A stretch of DNA of 34,899 bases from Candidatus Melainabacteria bacterium (GTDB taxonomy: Bacteria > Cyanobacteriota > Vampirovibrionia > LMEP-6097). Position numbers and translations under genes: made by a program. The stretch spans positions 1-34,899 of the forward strand of contig JAPPOW010000177.1 in the NCBI GenBank assembly GCA_028817775.1. Reading direction: 5' to 3'. The notes under the pieces are model-generated. The model had not been told where the DNA came from and did not search any database. It was given only the letters and a program-made list of their open reading frames with translations. Numbering within the stretch: the first letter of the stretch is position 1; each line of letters opens with the position of its first letter. This document shows positions 25,347 through 32,719 of the stretch, in pieces.

Positions 25347-25865
25347 CTATACAGATTGTTGATAACTAAATTGACCACCAGCAATAGAAACTATTCTACC
25401 ATCATTATTTTTGACCACGGCTCCAATCTTGCGGAATCCGCCACCCATACCAAAATCTTGTGCATGAACTGTTAATTTCTCTCCAGGCTTAACTGGCAAG
25501 TTAAATCTTTTGTATATCTCTGCCGATACAGCGTCATGCCCCTCCGGCGCTAGGGTCTGAGCCGCTGCTGCCATAGCTGAATCACTCATGGTGGTAGTGT
25601 AACCTCCATGCACAGTACCATAGGAGTTATTATGCTCACCTGTTTCAGCAGTTTGTACCTCCGCTCTGATATAGCCAGGTTTCGCTTCAACAAGTTCCAT
25701 ACCATTACTAGTTGCAAAGGGATGATGTAGTTTTTTGAGATCAAGAAGAGAGACCTGACTGCTTGAATCGTCATCTTTAAACTGAGCCAGTGTTCTCTTG
25801 ATTTTACCAAACAAACCTTCAAGTCCAATAGCTGGGAATTTAATAATTGAAGACAAACCACTCAT
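25347..25865 (-). CDS. PaaI/YbgC-type hotdog-fold thioesterase
   Basis: 172 aa. GTVHGGYTTTMSDSAMAAAA matches the hotdog thioesterase G-x-V-H-G-G...D-x-A motif. It carries a ~45 aa N-terminal extension relative to typical family members. Confidence 0.72.
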   Translation of the reverse strand: MSGLSSIIKFPAIGLEGLFGKIKRTLAQFKDDDSSSQVSLLDLKKLHHPFATSNGMELVEAKPGYIRAEVQTAETGEHNNSYGTVHGGYTTTMSDSAMAAAAQTLAPEGHDAVSAEIYKRFNLPVKPGEKLTVHAQDFGMGGGFRKIGAVVKNNDGRIVSIAGGQFSYQQSV

Positions 25866-25913
25866 GGCTCAAAAGTATAACATCAAGAAAAGAACTTAAT
25901 AAATATCGCTGTA

Positions 25914-26822
25914 CTAATTTTCAGTCGTACCAGGCTCCAGCTCCATCCACTCAATAAAATCGTGATGGTCCCGCTTGGTGCTCTTGATTGTCTCATCTTT
26001 AACAGCCTGACCAACTAGGAAACTTATAACAGGCATAATCAAATGTCCATATTTGGCTTGGTTTATGTCATTCCATTGATGACTCACTGAAGCATTTCTG
26101 GGATGCTTATAATCCTTGAATCTAATCTGCAGAGTATTACCAGAACGACCAACTAGTTCACTATGCCCAAGCATGCCCTGCACTGCTCTATTAGCAAGAA
26201 TCCGCTCTATCATCCGACTATTGCGCTTACCAAGATCAATAGAATTTAGCCACTCCATAAGCATCGGTATCATTGGCAGCGCAAAGTCGACATTCTCATC
26301 AATATAATGTGGATTCTGGCTTTGAGTTGGTAGTTCTTTGGAAAGCTTTAACTCAGATTTTGCCCTGTCCTGTCCCAAACGATAATTGGCATAGAAATAA
26401 GCACAGCGCAGCAAAATCTCAATCACAAAACGGTAGTCTGGGCTCCGATTAGCATCTCTATTATTGTCTTCAGACAAGGGGTCATCTTTCAGTCTCAGCT
26501 TTTCCAAAACAAAATTATTAGCATCAAGAAATTCAATATATTCCAGCGGCTGATAACGACTAAATCTAGTAACCAGAGGACTTTCGTTAAGTAAACCAAG
26601 ATTATTTCTTGTGATTCTCAGCTGCTCCTCTCGATCGGCACTTGCTAATAATCTTTGAATTTGACCATCTTGCTCGATAGCTCTAGAGCTGTAACGAAGT
26701 TCATCAGACAAGCCATTGGCGTAAGCCTTATGACAACCGACATTATTGATAGTAGTGCTAGCTGCTGCTGCAAATGCTGGCAGAGCTATGGATAAAAATT
26801 CTCTTCTTGTCGACTCAAGCAA
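25914..26822 (-). CDS. Tat-signal secreted hypothetical protein (302 aa), first gene of the six-gene operon
   Basis: TTG is the only possible start, directly after an in-frame stop. Twin-arginine motif STRREFLSIALPAFAAAAS with AYA|N cleavage context. The mature part has no recognisable family. Confidence 0.62.
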   Translation of the reverse strand: MLESTRREFLSIALPAFAAAASTTINNVGCHKAYANGLSDELRYSSRAIEQDGQIQRLLASADREEQLRITRNNLGLLNESPLVTRFSRYQPLEYIEFLDANNFVLEKLRLKDDPLSEDNNRDANRSPDYRFVIEILLRCAYFYANYRLGQDRAKSELKLSKELPTQSQNPHYIDENVDFALPMIPMLMEWLNSIDLGKRNSRMIERILANRAVQGMLGHSELVGRSGNTLQIRFKDYKHPRNASVSHQWNDINQAKYGHLIMPVISFLVGQAVKDETIKSTKRDHHDFIEWMELEPGTTEN

Positions 26823-26990
26823 AGCTCATTAATGATAACATCCCAGTCGCTGCGTGACATAGCACACTTTCCAAATAATCTCAGTCAACCAAGGAACAAA
26901 GAAAGCTAGAATTACTTCTTATGTACAGCGGCCACTCTATGGCCTAGTTTCATTTTAAGATCAAGATGGAATAAAATAGGAAAGCTATCA

Positions 26991-27803
26991 ATGGATTACA
27001 TTGCACTAAACCACCAAGCACCTTCCCCTCATGGCGTCTTTTATAATTCGGAGCGCAAAATTGGTGGCATCCGTTATTACCAAGAATCAAAATCTCAAGT
27101 CAAAGAAAGCAAGGACAAAACAATTGTCAAGGTTGACCCAGAAAAAGCGAAACGTGAGAAAGAAAAAAATCTTGAGCGTAGATTAAGTTATCGCAAAGCA
27201 AAACGTGAAGCTAGGCGTCAAGCTAAAGAAGCAAAGAAATTAGCCAAGCAAGAAGAAAAACGCCTTGCTAAACTAGCCGAAGAGAGAGACCGTTACTCAG
27301 TACTAATCAAAGGTCAAGAGGTAAGCTTCTCAGAGATTGGCATTGAGCCAGCTCGCTTCAGCGAATCAGATCGCGAGTGGATTGAACATGCTCACGATTA
27401 CTTTATTACAGTGAGGGAAAACAATAAAGCTATCGGCAGTTCCAAAGACTACACCACCATTGGGGTGCTTGAAGCTCTCTGGTCAACAGCCCAAACTGTT
27501 GGTATCGACCCTAAACGTTATATAGTTCAGGTGTTCAACGAATCACGTTTTGATCCATTTGCCAAAGGTAGAGCTGGTGAACGCGGTATCGGTCAATTCA
27601 AGCACAGCACTGCAAAATATCATGGTTATGATTGGGAACAGATGACCAGTGGTATTGAAGGCTTTGCTTATCAAGCCAAGGCTGCAGCTGAGTTCGTCAA
27701 ACAAGTTGGTGAAGTCTCCTACAACGGCAAAGGGCCAAGAGCCCAACGTTACCAAGGCAAAATCAATTCTCGATTAGCACAAATTGATACTTTAGAAACT
27801 TAG
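26991..27803 (+). CDS. lytic transglycosylase (SLT) domain protein with Lys/Arg/Glu-rich N-terminal region
   Basis: 270 aa. The SLT catalytic context VFNESRFDPFAKGRAGERGIGQF corresponds to the E-S...AGA.GLMQ pattern. aa 38-100 is a KREK-type charged coiled-coil region. No signal peptide seen. Confidence 0.72.
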   Translation: MDYIALNHQAPSPHGVFYNSERKIGGIRYYQESKSQVKESKDKTIVKVDPEKAKREKEKNLERRLSYRKAKREARRQAKEAKKLAKQEEKRLAKLAEERDRYSVLIKGQEVSFSEIGIEPARFSESDREWIEHAHDYFITVRENNKAIGSSKDYTTIGVLEALWSTAQTVGIDPKRYIVQVFNESRFDPFAKGRAGERGIGQFKHSTAKYHGYDWEQMTSGIEGFAYQAKAAAEFVKQVGEVSYNGKGPRAQRYQGKINSRLAQIDTLET

Positions 27804-27809
27804 TTTATC

Positions 27810-27874
27810 GTCATTGCAAGGAGCTTGCGACGAAGCAATCCAGACTAGATTGCTTCACTTACGTTCGCAATGAC
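27810..27874. repeat. family B repeat, compact two-armed copy (B4)
   Basis: gtcattgcaaggagcttgcgacgaagcaatccagac followed by tagattgcttcacttacgttcgcaatgac. It fills the SLT / mrp convergent spacer, and its right arm overlaps the last 10 codons of mrp. Confidence 0.9.
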
Positions 27875-28936
27875 CGTTTGATCTAACTTAGCAACTAGGT
27901 TCTCAGCGATCTTAGTAAATGCTTTGGAAACATTGTGCTCTGAATCCATTGCGGTAATTGGTTCACCATTGTCACCACCCTGACGAACTTTAAGTTCAAT
28001 TGGGATAGCACCAAGGAAGTCGATACCAAGTTTCTCAGCTGCTGCTTGCGCTCCACCATGAGAGAAGATCTCAGAACGCTCATTACAATGCGGGCACTCA
28101 AAGAAACTCATATTCTCAATCAAACCAAGTACTGGTACTTGCATCTTCTGGAACATCATGAAACCTTTGCGAGCATCAAGCAAGGCTACATCTTGAGGAG
28201 TTGAGACAATCACAGTCCCTGAGAGTGGTACATTTTGACATAAAGTCAACTGCGCATCACTAGTACCAGGAGGAAGGTCTACTACTAGGTAATCAAGCTC
28301 ACCCCACTCAACATCACGCAAAAATTGTTTAATGACTCCATCAAGCATCGGACCACGCCAAATAGTTGGTTTATCCTCATCAACTAAAGTACCCATAGAA
28401 ATCAAGCGCACTCCATGCGCCTCTAAACTTTGAACTTTTTTGTCTTCAGTAATATGAGGCTTCTCGCTGATACCAAGCATCAAGTGCACATTAGGACCAG
28501 TGACATCAGCATCAAGTACTCCAACTTTATGACCAAGTTTACTCAAAGCAATAGCTAAGTTAATTGAACAAGTGGTCTTGCCCACTCCACCCTTGCCTGA
28601 GTTAACAGCGATGATATGCTTAATTCCCTCAACTGGCTGCTTCGGGGCAATATCACCCCTATTGGCAAGACCAGCAATTGGAGTATGCCCGCCACCATTA
28701 GCCGCAGCTGGTGCTTGAGTAGTGTAAACATCAAGCTCCTCAAAACCTTCTGACTTTAATCTAGTCTCAAGCTCAGCAATAATTTCTTGTTTCTTAGCCT
28801 GATCATTTGGATTAGTCAAAACTAAATTGAAGACTACCTTCTTATCATTTTGTACTGAAATATCTTTGAACTGATCAGCACTAAGTACTGAGGCTATGAT
28901 TTTTGTGGCTTTTTTGACTTTATTATTTCCGAACAT
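27845..28936 (-). CDS. apbC: Mrp/ApbC/NBP35-family Fe-S cluster carrier ATPase
   Basis: 363 aa. N-terminal DUF59-like ~75 aa. Deviant Walker A AVNSGKGGVGKTT. CxxC motif FFECPHCNERSEIF. Confidence 0.9.
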   Translation of the reverse strand: MFGNNKVKKATKIIASVLSADQFKDISVQNDKKVVFNLVLTNPNDQAKKQEIIAELETRLKSEGFEELDVYTTQAPAAANGGGHTPIAGLANRGDIAPKQPVEGIKHIIAVNSGKGGVGKTTCSINLAIALSKLGHKVGVLDADVTGPNVHLMLGISEKPHITEDKKVQSLEAHGVRLISMGTLVDEDKPTIWRGPMLDGVIKQFLRDVEWGELDYLVVDLPPGTSDAQLTLCQNVPLSGTVIVSTPQDVALLDARKGFMMFQKMQVPVLGLIENMSFFECPHCNERSEIFSHGGAQAAAEKLGIDFLGAIPIELKVRQGGDNGEPITAMDSEHNVSKAFTKIAENLVAKLDQTVIANVSEAI

Positions 28937-28967
28937 GAGAATGAATTATAACATTTTGGATTAGCAT

Positions 28968-29084
28968 ATGGTCACTACGCTCCCTGCACATGGCACTTCG
29001 TGCCTGCAAATGCTTCGCTGCTTGAGCAGGGCGCAGCCCATATGCAGGAGCATCAGCTCCATACGCAGGGAGCAAAGCGACCAT
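28968..29084. repeat. family A nested-palindrome repeat, copy A4 (extra internal arm)
   Basis: Arms are atggtcactacgctccctgca (28968-28988) and cgcagggagcaaagcgaccat (29064-29084). It carries a second left-arm variant, catggcacttcgtgcctgc, identical to that of A1. Inner stem ggagc-atca-gctcc. Confidence 0.88.
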
Positions 29085-29095
29085 AAGCCCACAAA

Positions 29096-30241
29096 TCAAA
29101 TCTCCAGAAAAGCAGTAATCGCCAAGGTCTGATTATGCAACTGACAAGGATTACTACTATCCAAGGCTCCAATCTCCCCGCAAGCATAGAAACCAGTCAT
29201 CAAAGTATGATCACCAAAACCAGCCCGAACAGCTTTGACTTCTTTATAACTATCTTTGCCCATCAAACCCTTACGCCCAAAACAACTGACAATAAGTGCA
29301 AAGTCTGGATAGAAACTGCGGCGCAACATGTTAACAGTCGCCCGAGCTGCACTTTCTACCAGATGCTCTGTATCTGTTTTCATCAGACGCATACGATAAC
29401 CCACAGGCACATCACCAGCAAAATGCAAAGCACTTTTAGAACGATCAACCTTGACAATACTACGAGTCAACCAATCATCAGTATGTTTAGACCTCAAACT
29501 AATTGGATATTGAAAACTAGAAGCCGGCACTTTATTAATTGAATCACCCAAATAAAGTTCAAAAAATGGCAAGGCTGGACCTTTGTCTAATTGGTACATA
29601 ATGTTCTTGTCAGACTTAGTAATAGTCTTCTCACCGCCAAATTCAAACCAACCTGCCTTGAGACTAGTCATCACCTTAAGTCCCTTGCCATAAAAAGCAA
29701 TCACCGAGATAGTATTCTCGCAAGCCATTACATCAGCAATCACACAGGCATCATGAAACCTAAAAGCATCAGCAGCCAATGCACCGCTTACGCCAACCTT
29801 CTTGGGTGCTTGCTTACGCAGTCCTGCTACCACATCACTAGCATTGATATCGTCACCACCAGCAAGTACTAACAAGTGAACCAGATCAGGTGCTAATAAT
29901 TCATCAACCATCTCTCTAGTCACTTGCTCGATACTAAGCCCTGGATATTTATCCATAAAAATATGTTTAGCTTTGACCCTGGAATGCTCAAACTCAATTG
30001 CAGTACAAACCAAAGAATTATCCCCCACTTCATCACCACAAATATCACCAGCTGTAGAACAACCAGTCACAATTGCATTAGGAAATTCATCATAGACATT
30101 CTTATAGAGATCTACACTCTTGAGCAAATCACTAGCACCAAAAATCAAAACTAGCTGCACTTTAGCGTAACGACCAGCAAGATCATCGCGCAAAGTCCGC
30201 CACCCATCTTTAACTGTCCACTGTCTTTGAAGCAGTTTCAT
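29096..30241 (-). CDS. FIST (FIST_N + FIST_C) sensory domain protein
   Basis: 381 aa with an ATG start. C-terminal GFYACGEIGALDSSNPCQLHNQTLAITAF matches the FIST_C end motif (GFYxYGEI...HNQT). No output domain. Confidence 0.78.
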   Translation of the reverse strand: MKLLQRQWTVKDGWRTLRDDLAGRYAKVQLVLIFGASDLLKSVDLYKNVYDEFPNAIVTGCSTAGDICGDEVGDNSLVCTAIEFEHSRVKAKHIFMDKYPGLSIEQVTREMVDELLAPDLVHLLVLAGGDDINASDVVAGLRKQAPKKVGVSGALAADAFRFHDACVIADVMACENTISVIAFYGKGLKVMTSLKAGWFEFGGEKTITKSDKNIMYQLDKGPALPFFELYLGDSINKVPASSFQYPISLRSKHTDDWLTRSIVKVDRSKSALHFAGDVPVGYRMRLMKTDTEHLVESAARATVNMLRRSFYPDFALIVSCFGRKGLMGKDSYKEVKAVRAGFGDHTLMTGFYACGEIGALDSSNPCQLHNQTLAITAFLEI

Positions 30242-30265
30242 CTAGAACTCAGTATACTCCAATGA

Positions 30266-30299
30266 GGTCCTGACGTCGTCTTCGACTCCTCAGGATGAC
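30266..30299 (-). repeat. family C repeat arm (copy C1)
   Basis: The reverse complement reads gtcatcctgaggagtcgaagacgacgtcaggacc. It lies in the 65-bp spacer between HDOD and FIST. Confidence 0.8.
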
Positions 30300-30306
30300 A
30301 GACCTT

Positions 30307-31251
30307 TTAGCGTTGATATAAAGCATATTCTGTTTCTAATAACTGGATATAAATCAAGCGGATCTGATCACTCCAAGTGTCAATGTCCATCTTGACATCA
30401 AGCTTGCCAAGATATTCATAAGCCTTGTCCCACATCGCATGAGGGCCAGATTGCTTATCAATCAAAGCATCGTTTACAAATTCAGCAAACTTCATCAAGA
30501 TTGCAAACTTAGCATTAGGAGCTTTGACATCCACCACACTACGATTATGACGAACCACATTAACTACATGGTCTGGCATCAACCACTCTTCAAGTTTACG
30601 AGCAGCAAGCTCACCACTATCAAAACCAAGTATATTGAGCTCAGCAGTACGTTTATCAGCACCCTGTCTTTGCATTTTATTAATTTCAGAATGTGACTTA
30701 GGGTCACGCAAAGCTAGAATCATTTCACCGAGATGGAAATTAATACCAGCACAAAAACACTGAGCTTCATTATCATGCTTAACCATCTTGGCAATGCCTT
30801 TGGCAACATAAGCAAGACGGATAGATTTCTTAATCAAAGATTTTACTGTTTGACTTTCAACTTTATAGTAAGCACCAACATACTGACGCGCAAAACGATT
30901 TTGCACTTCGTTATGCACAAAGCCATAGCCCAAACGTTTAATAGATTGTTTGAGTTGTTTGGCACTGATAATCATGCCGGTCTTGGCACCAAGTTTTGCT
31001 TTTTGCACTAGCAAGCTCGCAAGCTCGGTATCCTCAGCCAAGTAATTAATAAGTTCAGTGTCAAAAGTTTGCACATCATTGGTGATGCGCATCAAATTAT
31101 ATATAAGTAGTTGTTTTGGCGGAAACTCCTTGGTTTCTGTGGCCATTTCTTGCAACTTCTTGAGTGCATTGGGTGATTTTTGTAAAAATGAATCAATTTT
31201 GCGATTAGTGGTCTGGTCTAACATATAGGTTAAAATCGGCAATTTGCTCAA
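30307..31251 (-). CDS. HDOD domain protein
   Basis: 314 aa from TTG 31251 (alternative ATG 31224). All-helical, with KHDNEAQCFCAGINFHLGEMILAL resembling the degenerate HD region of HDOD domains. Standalone, with no receiver or GGDEF/EAL domain. Confidence 0.65.
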   Translation of the reverse strand: MSKLPILTYMLDQTTNRKIDSFLQKSPNALKKLQEMATETKEFPPKQLLIYNLMRITNDVQTFDTELINYLAEDTELASLLVQKAKLGAKTGMIISAKQLKQSIKRLGYGFVHNEVQNRFARQYVGAYYKVESQTVKSLIKKSIRLAYVAKGIAKMVKHDNEAQCFCAGINFHLGEMILALRDPKSHSEINKMQRQGADKRTAELNILGFDSGELAARKLEEWLMPDHVVNVVRHNRSVVDVKAPNAKFAILMKFAEFVNDALIDKQSGPHAMWDKAYEYLGKLDVKMDIDTWSDQIRLIYIQLLETEYALYQR

Positions 31252-31372
31252 AAATCTTGATAGTCCATATGGAGGAGAGGGCTATTTAGCATATATAAAT
31301 TGTTATTTTTTATTAAAAAACCAAGAAATACGGGGATTTTTGCTAAGATTGTTGCTTCATTAAGGAGCAATT

Positions 31373-31555
31373 ATGGCGAAGAAAAAAGGCGATCTAGTAA
31401 CAGCAATTCTTGAATGTACCGAGTCAAAGGACCTGGGCCTTGCTCCAAGTCGTTACTACACCAAGAAAAACAAGAAAAAACATCCTGACAAATTAGAATT
31501 CAAAAAATATAACCCTAAACTCAAGAAGTACACAGTGCATCGTGAGATCAAGTAG
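31373..31555 (+). CDS. rpmG: 50S ribosomal protein L33
   Basis: AAGGAG 5 nt upstream of the ATG. 60 aa and Lys-rich. L33 pattern ILECTE...SRYYTKKNKKK...LEFKKYNPKLKKYTVHREIK. Only one Cys is retained, which suggests the zinc-free type. Confidence 0.8.
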   Translation: MAKKKGDLVTAILECTESKDLGLAPSRYYTKKNKKKHPDKLEFKKYNPKLKKYTVHREIK

Positions 31556-31558
31556 TAT

Positions 31559-31593
31559 GTCATCCTGAGGAGCGCTCGCGCGACGTAAGGATC
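31559..31593 (+). repeat. family C repeat arm (copy C2)
   Basis: gtcatcctgaggagcgctcgcgcgacgtaaggatc occupies nearly the whole 41-bp spacer between rpmG and the aminotransferase gene. Confidence 0.8.
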
Positions 31594-31596
31594 TTA

Positions 31597-32718
31597 ATGT
31601 TTACAAACTTCAGACTAGAAGATTTATACAATCAAGTTGAAGCTGAAGTCAAGCTTGATATGAGTTCGGCTTGTATGCCCGCAATTTCATTACAGGAATT
31701 GGCTGCATTGAAGCCTGAGCTTGAAAATGAAATTGTCGCAACAATAATGAAGACCAAACTTGGCTATTCAAGCCAATATGGCTCAGAAGCAAGCCTTCAA
31801 GCAATCCGCAATCTCTATCGACTGGATTACTTCACTGACCTTCGCAATGACATCATGCTGACCAGTGGTGCTTCTGAAGCCATCTTCTTAGTGATGTCGA
31901 CTTTGTTTGAAGCAGGTGACAGCATCATAGTCCAGCAACCTATTTATCAATCTTTATATCAAGTTGCTGCTGATCGCGGCGTGAAAATCATTGACTGGAA
32001 CCTTGAATGTCATTGTGAGGAGAGCGGCAGCTCGACGTCACAATCTCACTGGAGCATCACCAAATTAGAGAACTTGATCAAAGCAAATCCTAAGTGCAAA
32101 GCACTAGTCATTAACAATCCAAACAACCCTGCTGGACTTGGCTTCAATGCTGATGACTTAAATCAAATTTCCAAACTACTTGAAGATAGAATTTTAATCT
32201 CTGATGAAGTATTTTTGTTCATCTCACAATCACAATTACCATCGGCTCTAGAGCATCATCACAAAGCAATAGTTATTAGTGATCTAAGCAAAAGTTTTAA
32301 TATGCCTGGTTTACGTTTAGGTTGGATACTCTGCAGCAAAGCCACGAGCCATGAGCTATCAGCCATGAGCTCGTTTAAAAACTATCTCTCACTTAGAACA
32401 AATACTCTCTCTGAAGCACTGACACCATTAGTTCTAGAATTAGCCCCCGAGCTTTGTAGGCGCAATCGAGAGCTAGTAAAGAATAATATTGATTTGATTT
32501 ACTCTCAAGAACAAGAAATTTTTGACTTAAGTCAAATAACAAGGGATAAGATAGAGGGTTTGTGTGTTTTTCCACTAGTTAAAAACCCTGAACTGGTCGA
32601 TCATCTGTGGCACAAAAATAAAACCTTCCTAGTTAAAGGTGAATATTTTGGTCATAACTGGTCAAAACACCTAAGGGTTGGACTCAAGAAAATTCCTGAG
32701 CTTGCGTTGTATACCTAG
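31597..32718 (+). CDS. PLP-dependent aminotransferase, class I/II (fold type I)
   Basis: 373 aa. NNPNNPAG, and SDLSKSFNMPGLRLGW carrying the Schiff-base Lys. Substrate specificity is not assignable. Confidence 0.85.
   Translation: MFTNFRLEDLYNQVEAEVKLDMSSACMPAISLQELAALKPELENEIVATIMKTKLGYSSQYGSEASLQAIRNLYRLDYFTDLRNDIMLTSGASEAIFLVMSTLFEAGDSIIVQQPIYQSLYQVAADRGVKIIDWNLECHCEESGSSTSQSHWSITKLENLIKANPKCKALVINNPNNPAGLGFNADDLNQISKLLEDRILISDEVFLFISQSQLPSALEHHHKAIVISDLSKSFNMPGLRLGWILCSKATSHELSAMSSFKNYLSLRTNTLSEALTPLVLELAPELCRRNRELVKNNIDLIYSQEQEIFDLSQITRDKIEGLCVFPLVKNPELVDHLWHKNKTFLVKGEYFGHNWSKHLRVGLKKIPELALYT
32009..32045 (+). repeat. family B repeat arm embedded in frame in the aminotransferase CDS (copy B5)
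   Basis: gtcattgtgaggagagcggcagctcgacgtcacaatc, read in the CDS frame as CHCEESGSSTSQS. Closely parallels the B3 left arm gtcattgcgaggagacgaagtcgacgtggcaatcc. Confidence 0.78.
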
Positions 32719-32719
32719 T

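Noticed and set aside
29135-30154. Plus-strand track ORFs 29135-29542, 29591-29872 and 29924-30154, antisense to the FIST gene. The same applies to 30439-30696 and 30733-31011, antisense to the HDOD gene.
   Set aside because: The minus-strand products have recognisable FIST and HDOD features. The plus-strand translations are low-complexity (T/S/I/H-rich) and lack start contexts.
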